DNA from: an uncultured Planctomycetia bacterium
GTDB lineage: Bacteria > Planctomycetota > SZUA-567 > H5-PLA8
Reading direction: 5' to 3'
Assembly (NCBI GenBank): GCA_964429255.1
Contig: CAYSBP010000005.1
Location: 1 to 40,978, forward strand
Length of the DNA stretch: 40,978 nucleotides
Part shown: piece by piece, positions 8,480 to 16,175 of the stretch
Position numbering within the stretch: the stretch's first letter is position 1
Layout: each line of letters starts with the position of its first letter
The notes under the pieces: model-generated
Told to the model about the DNA's origin: nothing
Databases searched by the model: none
The model's input: the letters and a program-made list of their open reading frames with translations, nothing else
Translations under genes and position numbers: made by a program

Positions 8480-9187
8480 TCAGACCTCCGCGCGCATGGC
8501 GTCCACAGGCCGCATCCGGGCGGCGACATATGCGGGGTAGGCTGCGGCCAGCACGGTGATCATCGTGCCGGCCCCGACCCCCAACGGCAGTCCGCTCAGC
8601 AGCGGCGACACCCACGGGCCCTGCTGGAGCGTCGCGAACCCCAGCGACAGGCTGAGCTGCAGGATCGTGAGCAGATAGCCGATCAGCACGCCCAGCAGAC
8701 TGCTCACCAATCCCAGAAAGACGCTTTCCACCAGGAACATCCGGACGATGAAACGGTCGAGCGCGCCGAGGCATTTCAGCGTGCCGATCTCGCTGACGCG
8801 TTCGGTGACGCTCATCAGCATCGTGTTCGCGATAACGACCACACAGAGGATGCAGGAGAGCGCCATCAGCCACGTCTCGCGGTCCGCCTGCTGACGTTGG
8901 GCCGCTTTGTCATGGCCGAAGACGCCGAGTTTCTGCAGGACCGCACGCACGTGGACGTCGTCGACGGTGGCCAGTCCCGAAAGGATGGTGTTGGATGAGA
9001 ACGCCGAGATCAGGAAGGCCACGACGACGGCGATGCCGACGAAGATCAGCAGGAAGCGCCCGGGGCGATGGCTGATGTTCATCCAGCTCATGCGGATTGT
9101 GATGCCCCACGGCAGCACCGGTTGCCGGTGGCGTATCTCGGCCTTGTCGGCAAAGATCCGCGAAGAGGCCGACATCACGTCCCTCAT
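8480..9187 (-). CDS. Minimal FtsX-family ABC permease (4 TM, ~40-aa periplasmic loop)
   Basis: TM1 is RFLLIFVGIAVVVAFLISAF, followed by a short loop. The FtsX domain then runs ...MLMSVTERVSEIGTLKCLGALDRFIVRMFLVES...AAAYPAYVAARMRPVDAMRAE. ATG 9187 is preceded by a strong AAAGGAGGTGA Shine-Dalgarno. The track start at 9259 lies inside a hairpin loop. Confidence 0.85.
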   Translation of the reverse strand: MRDVMSASSRIFADKAEIRHRQPVLPWGITIRMSWMNISHRPGRFLLIFVGIAVVVAFLISAFSSNTILSGLATVDDVHVRAVLQKLGVFGHDKAAQRQQADRETWLMALSCILCVVVIANTMLMSVTERVSEIGTLKCLGALDRFIVRMFLVESVFLGLVSSLLGVLIGYLLTILQLSLSLGFATLQQGPWVSPLLSGLPLGVGAGTMITVLAAAYPAYVAARMRPVDAMRAEV

Positions 9188-9213
9188 CGCTCCGTCACCT
9201 CCTTTCGCCCGAC

Positions 9214-9296
9214 AATCGTCGTCGTGATCGTTGTCGTAATCATCGTCGTCCGTTTCCATCGCGTCCGAGCAACCGACGACGATTACGACGACGATT
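9214..9296 (-). repeat. Intercistronic inverted repeat (GAC/GTC-rich stem-loop) between the OPT-like gene and the minimal FtsX gene
   Basis: Arm 9214-9235 (aatcgtcgtcgtgatcgttgtc) is complementary to arm 9275-9296 (gacgacgattacgacgacgatt) at 20 of 22 positions. An alternative register pairs 9233-9250 with 9275-9289. The element lies immediately upstream of the Shine-Dalgarno for ATG 9187. Confidence 0.7.
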
Positions 9297-9299
9297 CCG

Positions 9300-11387
9300 T
9301 CAGAACGGCTTGTCCCGCGTGCACTGCGCGATTAACGACAGCGCTACGGCCGCCATGCCGGCCAACCCCAGTCCGCAGGCCAATCCCGCGGCGACCACCG
9401 GGATATACCGTTTCCACCGTTCTTCGCCGAACTTCTTCTGGAAGTAGTAACGCCCCAGCAGCGCGCCGATCAGCATCGACAATCCGCCGTGCAACGGAGC
9501 ACCGGCACCCGTTACCAGTCCGTAAAAGAAGACCACCGGAAGTCCGGCCATCGAAAGCCCGCCGTAAATCAACAGCCCTGCGACACACGAAACGCCGATT
9601 ACGGCGGGCTTCAAGGCCTGCATCAGCAGCGAATGCTCGCCGCTATTGGCCGTGAAGATGATGTACGCCTGGCGCGCCGCCACCGGCCAGACGCGCGCCG
9701 CGTAGGGGAACGAATCCGACGGAATCTCGTTCAGTCGCCAGAAGAACCACCAGAAAAAGAAGCTGCTGACGAAGACGATAAAGAAGCTCAAGAGTTCCGC
9801 CTTGATGATCGAACGGAACGGCGTCCGGGTCAGTTCCATAATGCGGAAGCTCTGCGCCGCCCATCCGCAGTCCATCAGAGGGATCGGCGCGAACCAGATG
9901 TCGACACCCTTGTAGCCGCTGGCGACAAAGACCGTCTCCTTCAAGTACGGCGTCGAGAGGCCCGAACCCGTGAGCCCGAAAAGCCGTGCGGAAATATACG
10001 AGTGCAGCGGCGTCCAGATGAACCCGAAGATCAGGATGATCCATACCGGGAAACCCGGCACCAGCACGTGCGAGACCCAGGTAAAGCCGCTGATACCGAT
10101 GACGAAGAGTGCCACCGCGACCCAGATGGGGAAGTCGCCACGCTCGCGACAGGCCGTCCGCTCGGGCGGCGCGACGGGCGCGCTGAGCGTCCGGACCACC
10201 GCGTTGCCTGTTTGCGCTTCCGCACGGCGCTTGCGGAACGCGCGGATCATGCTGGCGATCCCGATGACCGCCACTGCGCCGGCCAAGCCGATGGAGACGC
10301 TGAGCCAGAAGTCGTAACTGAGCACGAGCTGGTTCACCAGCAACCCGTTGCCCGGCGTCCAGTGCTCGAACATCCCAAAATGCTGCAGGATGGGATTGCC
10401 GAGCACGCTACTCAACAGAATGCCGATGCAGAGGCCCATCACCAGGCTGAAGGGCAGGATCATGCCGGCCACCAGCGCGCCGAGGTCAAAGCTGATCGAA
10501 ATCAGGCTCGCCGGCAGCACGCCTTCGACGTTGGAGGTGAAGTCCACGAACGGAATCGGCAGCAACATGATCGGCTTGGCCATGAAGAGGCCCGTGACGA
10601 TGGGCAGCAGGACGTAGAGGCAGCCGAAGAGGAAGCCCAGCGACGCGCCGACGCTGAAGACGCGCCAGCGCCAGGAGAGCTTGCCGCGTAGTTCACCCTT
10701 CTCGTCGCGCTCGGTCGATTCGGCCAGCGCCGTCGCACCTTCCGCTGCGACAGGGGCGAGAGGGAAGGGGAGTCGCTCAACGTCCGACGTGGCGCGGAAG
10801 AGCAGATAACCGAGCCCAAACCACGCGATCTTGCCCAGCACATAGCCGACGAAGATGAGCGTCAGTGGCGCCAGGAATCCGCGCGAGGCGCTCCACCACC
10901 AGTCCGGATGCGCCAGGTCCCGTGTCTGGATGCCGGGCGACGTCGAGGGCGGCACCACCCAATCCGGAATCTGTTGGGCAATGCCGCTCGTCTGCGGCGA
11001 CTGCAGCAGGTACTGGTTCCAGATCGCGCCGGCGAACGGTCCGCCGGCGAGGGCGATGTGTGCGGCCGCGACAGCGGCAACCGACGAGGCGACATAGAAG
11101 AGAACAAAGATCTCCTGGCGCTTCAGCTTCGAGAAGCTGCGCTTGGCCAACTCGGCAAAAAGGATGATGGTGACCCATTCGGCCGCCGGTCCCAGCGTCT
11201 GCCCCGCGACCAGCCCCAGGTAGATGGCGCCCGGCATCATCACGATGGCGACGAAGAGCGCGCCCAGCACGGTTCGTGACGAGAAGCCGTCCACAAAAGG
11301 ACCGCTCTCCAGCACGTCGTTGGCCCCGGGCGCGGGAGCCATCGACACCGGCTGGCGACCGCTCGGGTCGTGAAGGGTTTCAGCCAT
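9300..11387 (-). CDS. OPT (oligopeptide transporter)-superfamily-like polytopic membrane protein
   Basis: The 695-aa product has about 14-16 TM segments. The N-terminal pattern is SRTVLGALFVAIVMMPGAIYLGLVAGQTLGPAAEW. There is an ERLPFPLAPVAAEGATAL motif (compare OPT L-x-FPSG-x-A) and a C-terminal RYIPVVAAGLACGLGLAG. The start overlaps the upstream stop by 8 nt (ATGGCTGA). Confidence 0.6.
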   Translation of the reverse strand: MAETLHDPSGRQPVSMAPAPGANDVLESGPFVDGFSSRTVLGALFVAIVMMPGAIYLGLVAGQTLGPAAEWVTIILFAELAKRSFSKLKRQEIFVLFYVASSVAAVAAAHIALAGGPFAGAIWNQYLLQSPQTSGIAQQIPDWVVPPSTSPGIQTRDLAHPDWWWSASRGFLAPLTLIFVGYVLGKIAWFGLGYLLFRATSDVERLPFPLAPVAAEGATALAESTERDEKGELRGKLSWRWRVFSVGASLGFLFGCLYVLLPIVTGLFMAKPIMLLPIPFVDFTSNVEGVLPASLISISFDLGALVAGMILPFSLVMGLCIGILLSSVLGNPILQHFGMFEHWTPGNGLLVNQLVLSYDFWLSVSIGLAGAVAVIGIASMIRAFRKRRAEAQTGNAVVRTLSAPVAPPERTACRERGDFPIWVAVALFVIGISGFTWVSHVLVPGFPVWIILIFGFIWTPLHSYISARLFGLTGSGLSTPYLKETVFVASGYKGVDIWFAPIPLMDCGWAAQSFRIMELTRTPFRSIIKAELLSFFIVFVSSFFFWWFFWRLNEIPSDSFPYAARVWPVAARQAYIIFTANSGEHSLLMQALKPAVIGVSCVAGLLIYGGLSMAGLPVVFFYGLVTGAGAPLHGGLSMLIGALLGRYYFQKKFGEERWKRYIPVVAAGLACGLGLAGMAAVALSLIAQCTRDKPF

Positions 11388-14300
11388 GCTTCTCTCCCGT
11401 CACGAGCGTTGCCTCCACCGGTCCAAAGAGCGCACGGCCCTTCTCGATGTATTCCTGATGCGCCGTGACCGGCAGGACGCGCCACATCAACAGTTGCTTG
11501 CGCAACGCATGGATGAAGCGCGGCGTCAGGCGGCGCCAGTTCTGCTGGTCGCCGCTGTAGCGCGTGGCGGTCAAGTGGCACTGACACACGCCCCGCTCCG
11601 CGCGATACACGATGCGCAGTTGTGCGTCGTGGCTGATGCCCAGATCGAACGGCGCGAGCCACGCACGCATCGACAGAACCGGGATCGGCTTGCCGTCTTC
11701 GCCCGTTTCGATGCCGGCGGCCAGATGCTCCACCGCCAGGTCGCCCACCGTGAGGCCTTGCAGCCCGTCAAGGTATTCGTGCATGTAGGCCTGGAGGCCA
11801 AGAACCGCCGAAGGCGTTGCGACGAACGGTAGATACAACGCCACCGTGTCGGTCGCGAACTGCTCGGCGCCGCCGGCCCCCTGCTTGCGGGATTCCGGGA
11901 TCGCCGCGCGGAACGCCTGATGCGCCGGATAAAGCGTCGAAACCACCACGATGAACATGCTGACCAGCGTGACGAAGACGGTCGTACCCGCGGAATAGTT
12001 CAGCGAAAGGCCCGACAGCGCACCGGTCACCAGCAGCACCTTGGAAATGAGCTGGCCCATCAGGTAGCCCAGCGACGCGCCCAGGATCGCATAGACGGAG
12101 GATTCGGCCAGGAAGAGCGAGGCCACATTGCCCGGCGAGAGCCCGACCGAGTTGTAGACGAAAATCTCGCGGCGCCGCTCGTAGACCGATCCGAGCATGG
12201 TGCTCAATACCATGATGAAACCCAACAGCAGCGGAATGGCGATCTGTCCGGTCAGACTGACCGAACTGGTATCGAGCGCCGCGTAGAGCGTCGTCGACTG
12301 ACCGTCGCAGGCGAGAATCGTCAGGTTCGAACGGCGAACGTAGCCTTCGGCCTCCGCGCCAGGATCCATGTTTTTGCCTGCGCGCACGGCAACGCTGCGC
12401 AGACGCGCGCCCAGCCGCATGCCGAAACGCAACGGGATAACAGCCACCCGCGCGGCGAGGTGGTGTTCGTACTTCTCCAGCGTATCGGGCTGCTCGGCAG
12501 CCGCCTTCTGGGCCTTCTGCCGTTCCTGCCGCACGAAGTCCACCGGCGTGATCGGCTCGCCATCCAGATCCCGGAAGGCGTCGAGTTTCTCCTGACTGAG
12601 CATTCCCAACAGCGGGACGCGCTGGCCGAAGAGCACCACGTCCTTGCCGACGTCCGCGGGACCGTAGCCCAGTTCTTTCGCCGCGTGCTCCGGAAGAAGA
12701 ATGCCCGGTTCGTCCTCGCTCTTGAACCAACGGCCCGCGATCAGCGTCCGGTCGATCCCGGTGACCGCAGGCTCCGTGTGCTCGAGGCAGAGCAGCGAGA
12801 CGACCGTGTAGCGGCGCGTGGTCGTTCCATCCGTCTGTCCGTTTCCGTCCGCGGGCGGCGCCAAGTCGATCTGCGAAAGCTGGCCGCTGGCGTCCGAAAA
12901 GAACCAGGCACGCCCTGCGACGGCGGAATGCAGTTCGGAGGCGGTCGCCTCTCCATCCGCCGCGAAGCCACGTTTCAATGAAAGATAGAGCGGCTCCGGC
13001 AGCTGATTCCAGTGCCGGTCGCGCGCCAGCAATCCTTTATAGGCCGGGTGCCCTTCACGGTGCGACAACTTGGAGATGCTGACGACCGGCACGATCGAGG
13101 TAAACGAGAGCAGCGTGAAGGTGACCAGCACGATCGTGAGCGCGGTCAGAAAGCCGCGTTGCGGACGGCGGCGGATGTTGGCGATGCCCAGATCCACGGC
13201 GCGTACCGCAATGCCGCCCGTGTTGGCGGATTCTTCATGCACGCCCGACACCGCCTGCTTCTGTTCGCGCAACACCGTGTCAAACCGTCCGGCGACCAAA
13301 AGGCCCACCGTGGCGGCCAGCGCCAGAATGATGAACGCCAGCAACACGATCAGCGGCGTCATGGTAAATCGAAAGGCCGGGTGAATGAGGGCCAGCACGG
13401 CAAAACTGCCGCCAAAGATGGCCACCATCCAGAAGATGCGCCGGCGAATGGTGCCTGAAGCGAAGACGAGCCGCTCCATGCAGTAGGCGAACGGCAGCAG
13501 CAGGGCGAGATAGAAGAGCACGCCCTGCACGAGGTTATTCGTCGTCGCCAGCAACTCGGTGTAGGCGCGGTTCTCCAGCGCCCAACCCTTCTCGCTCGCC
13601 GCACGATACGAACCGTAGTCGCAGGCATCGAGTGCCTTGCGCGCCTCATCGAGGTGTTTGGCCGCCTCCTCGCGCGTCTCCTTCACACGCGGGTTGTTGA
13701 CGCCGTTACGCTCCAGTTTTTCGAAGCGAGACTGATCCAGCCGCCACATGTCGCCGGCGCCCTGGAGCACCATCGACGGGATCCGCGCCAGTTCGTTCAG
13801 TGCAAAACCCTTGCCGATGGGATCTTCGAGCGTGTTGTTGAGCAGTACGAGGCGTTTCTCGCGGAAGCCCAGGCCCAGCGTGACGCGCACGCGCAGCAAG
13901 GGGTCGGCCCAAACCGTACAACAGGTCTCGTCGGTGTCCCATACCGGTTCGTCGGCGGTGCTCTGTCCGAATTGAAAGGGCGGGCTCTGCGTCGCCGCAT
14001 TCAGGATCTGCACGTCGGTGATCGGCAGGTAGCCGCGCGGGTCCGTGAGGCCGAAAAGCGTGATCGCCCGCGACGGGAAGCAGACCAGATTTCGGCGTTG
14101 CTCCGCCCCGGAAATGGGCGCCTGCCAGGGGTACTCGCCCGGCCGCGCCATATCGAGCGCGTAGAGCAGTGAACCGTCGCGCTCGATCTGCGCCGCACCG
14201 CCGCCGTTGAACCGCGTAACGGCGATGAACTCGCCCATGGCGCGTTCGTTGGCCTGAATGAAACGCTCGGTCGCCATGCCGTACGCTTCGAGCGCGCAGT

Positions 14301-16095
14301 GCGCAAACTCCCAACGCCCCGGATACTGGATCAGCCCATCGAAGCTAAACGTTCCCTTCTCGTCCGTCTGCGTCCCCGGGATGCCGCGCGTGCCGACCAT
14401 CTGTTTGTCGCGGCGGCGCAGCTTCATGAAGACGTTGGCCTCCGCCAGCGGCTGGTTCGGCGTGAAGTCACGGTGCTGATCGAGCCAGATCGCGCGCCCC
14501 TGAAGACGACCCAGGTAGTCCGGCAAGCCCGAGCTGACGTACGGTCCCTTCCAGAACGCCAGCGCCAGGAGCATATCCGTAAGACCGGCACGACGACCCG
14601 GCACGGCCAGAACCTGTTTCCCCAGCAGTGAGAAGTCCACCGCTTCAAAACGGTCGTCCGGCGTATCGACATGCTGGCGATCGTCATCGATGGTTGCCAA
14701 CGTAACGGCCGGATAGCCGGCCAACGCGGGCAGTTCGCTCCCAAATGCGATCCGGAACGGAAAGTACGTCCACCAGCCGCGCCCCTGCGTCAGGTTGATG
14801 CAGTCGACGAACGAAGCCAGGGCCTCGGCCTCACGCCGCTTGGTATCCTCCTCTTTGCTGAAGGCCGTCAGGTACTCCGACAGCTTGAGGCCCAGGTCGC
14901 GGAACTTCGGCCGAAGGTGATATTCGTATTCATCGCGAAAGTGGCCCTGACAGAAGAGCCCCAGTCGCTCGGAATGGCTGGACAAGTCCAGTCCGACGAA
15001 AAGCCCGGGCTTGCCCATTCGCGCAAGCGGCGAGTCCGGTTCCTTCGTCCAGTTGCTCGCAAGGCCATCGTGCAGTCGCCGTACGAAGGCCGTCATGCCG
15101 GCAAGCGCCTGACCGTGACCGCCCGTGAAAAGCAGGTAGATGGGCCGTTCGGGCTTTTCCCGCAACGCGGAAAAGAAGCGCGCGAGTTCGAGAAGGACCG
15201 CGGCGCCACAGGCCTGCTCGGCGGCTGGCGCCAGCGTTGGCACGACGCTGATCCCGTCGTAGTACGCATGAACGATCAACGGCGCGCGGTCGGTGTCGTT
15301 CGCGTCCCGGGCCGGCTGGCCGGGACAGACGCGGACGAGCAGATTCGAAGCCTCAACGCGTTCCCACTCCATCTCGCAACGAACCGTCACCTCGGCCGCC
15401 GGTCGCTCCAGCAGACCATCCAGCACCGGCAGGTCCTGTTCAGCCACATAGAAACGCGGGATGTCGGCCGGCACGGAAAGGAACTTTTGGCGCGCAGACG
15501 TCCCTGTCGCGCGCGGATTGGCACGAAAGAGAACCGCTTGGCCGCCGAATTCGGCCACACCCAGCCACTCGGCGTCCGAATTCCAGTCCATCACGGCGAT
15601 GGATCCGGATATCTTCTTTCCGTACAGATCGGACTCCCTGCCCCGTCCCAGGTCAACCAGCAACCCGCGAAGTCCTTCCGGACCGGTCTGGCTGGTTCGC
15701 GCCAGATTCGGCCAGAGCGGGTGGAGCGTCAACCGGACGGCGCCGTCCGCCGACAACAGGACCGCCGAACGCACACGCGGAACGGTCACCTGGAACGTCT
15801 GAACGTCGATATCATGGATTCCGAATGCCTGCAGTTCGCTCTGCAGATGGCTGGCCGCTTCCGCTGCGCCGTAACCGCTCAAACGCGAGGGCGCGGCACC
15901 GAGCTTCCGGACGGTCTCACGCACACGACCCATGTCGATGTCGGCACTCGTACCGGAGGGGCCGATCGTCGGAACCGGAACCACCAGTTTGGTTTCATGT
16001 GGCGCGCCGACACCGGCGGCCCAATAGACCGTCAACGCGATGGCCAGCATCGCGCCGACGAGCCAGAGGAAGCCTTTTGCCAAACCGGAAAGCAT
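11380..16095 (-). CDS. Giant (1571-aa) fusion of an M28/PA-like ectodomain, 3 TM helices, a MacB/FtsX-type permease and an unknown cytoplasmic C-terminal domain
   Basis: The true start is ATG 16095 (MLSGLAKGFLWLVG..., AGGAG upstream). Residues 9-28 form a TM anchor. Residues ~75-490 form an M28 fold with a PA insert: LLVDLGRG...GKKISGSIAVMD, IVHAYYDG, GAAVLLELARFF, YLLFTGGHGQALAG, QHVDTPDDRFEAVD. Residues ~858-936 contain three TM helices. Residues 965-1395 form the FtsX module: GIANIRRRPQRGFLTALTIVLVTF, a MacB_PCD-like GRWFKSEDEPGILLPEHAAKELG, then VYERRREIFVYNSVGLSPGNVASLFLAES...TLYPAHQAFR. Residues 1400-1571 are not recognisable. Confidence 0.8.
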   Translation of the reverse strand: MLSGLAKGFLWLVGAMLAIALTVYWAAGVGAPHETKLVVPVPTIGPSGTSADIDMGRVRETVRKLGAAPSRLSGYGAAEAASHLQSELQAFGIHDIDVQTFQVTVPRVRSAVLLSADGAVRLTLHPLWPNLARTSQTGPEGLRGLLVDLGRGRESDLYGKKISGSIAVMDWNSDAEWLGVAEFGGQAVLFRANPRATGTSARQKFLSVPADIPRFYVAEQDLPVLDGLLERPAAEVTVRCEMEWERVEASNLLVRVCPGQPARDANDTDRAPLIVHAYYDGISVVPTLAPAAEQACGAAVLLELARFFSALREKPERPIYLLFTGGHGQALAGMTAFVRRLHDGLASNWTKEPDSPLARMGKPGLFVGLDLSSHSERLGLFCQGHFRDEYEYHLRPKFRDLGLKLSEYLTAFSKEEDTKRREAEALASFVDCINLTQGRGWWTYFPFRIAFGSELPALAGYPAVTLATIDDDRQHVDTPDDRFEAVDFSLLGKQVLAVPGRRAGLTDMLLALAFWKGPYVSSGLPDYLGRLQGRAIWLDQHRDFTPNQPLAEANVFMKLRRRDKQMVGTRGIPGTQTDEKGTFSFDGLIQYPGRWEFAHCALEAYGMATERFIQANERAMGEFIAVTRFNGGGAAQIERDGSLLYALDMARPGEYPWQAPISGAEQRRNLVCFPSRAITLFGLTDPRGYLPITDVQILNAATQSPPFQFGQSTADEPVWDTDETCCTVWADPLLRVRVTLGLGFREKRLVLLNNTLEDPIGKGFALNELARIPSMVLQGAGDMWRLDQSRFEKLERNGVNNPRVKETREEAAKHLDEARKALDACDYGSYRAASEKGWALENRAYTELLATTNNLVQGVLFYLALLLPFAYCMERLVFASGTIRRRIFWMVAIFGGSFAVLALIHPAFRFTMTPLIVLLAFIILALAATVGLLVAGRFDTVLREQKQAVSGVHEESANTGGIAVRAVDLGIANIRRRPQRGFLTALTIVLVTFTLLSFTSIVPVVSISKLSHREGHPAYKGLLARDRHWNQLPEPLYLSLKRGFAADGEATASELHSAVAGRAWFFSDASGQLSQIDLAPPADGNGQTDGTTTRRYTVVSLLCLEHTEPAVTGIDRTLIAGRWFKSEDEPGILLPEHAAKELGYGPADVGKDVVLFGQRVPLLGMLSQEKLDAFRDLDGEPITPVDFVRQERQKAQKAAAEQPDTLEKYEHHLAARVAVIPLRFGMRLGARLRSVAVRAGKNMDPGAEAEGYVRRSNLTILACDGQSTTLYAALDTSSVSLTGQIAIPLLLGFIMVLSTMLGSVYERRREIFVYNSVGLSPGNVASLFLAESSVYAILGASLGYLMGQLISKVLLVTGALSGLSLNYSAGTTVFVTLVSMFIVVVSTLYPAHQAFRAAIPESRKQGAGGAEQFATDTVALYLPFVATPSAVLGLQAYMHEYLDGLQGLTVGDLAVEHLAAGIETGEDGKPIPVLSMRAWLAPFDLGISHDAQLRIVYRAERGVCQCHLTATRYSGDQQNWRRLTPRFIHALRKQLLMWRVLPVTAHQEYIEKGRALFGPVEATLVTGEKHG

Positions 16096-16175
16096 GCTGG
16101 TGCCCGTGATCTCCTCTGTCCGCGGACCGCTGTCCGCTGCGCATCCAGGCCCCGCAATCCGGAGGATTGCGTCAC

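Noticed and set aside
9188-9259. Acidic N-terminus METDDDDYDNDHDDDCRAKGGDGA of the small FtsX ORF.
   Set aside because: The codons coincide with one arm and the loop of the GAC/GTC inverted repeat. A far stronger Shine-Dalgarno (AAAGGAGGTGA) serves ATG 9187. This is most likely RNA structure, not protein.
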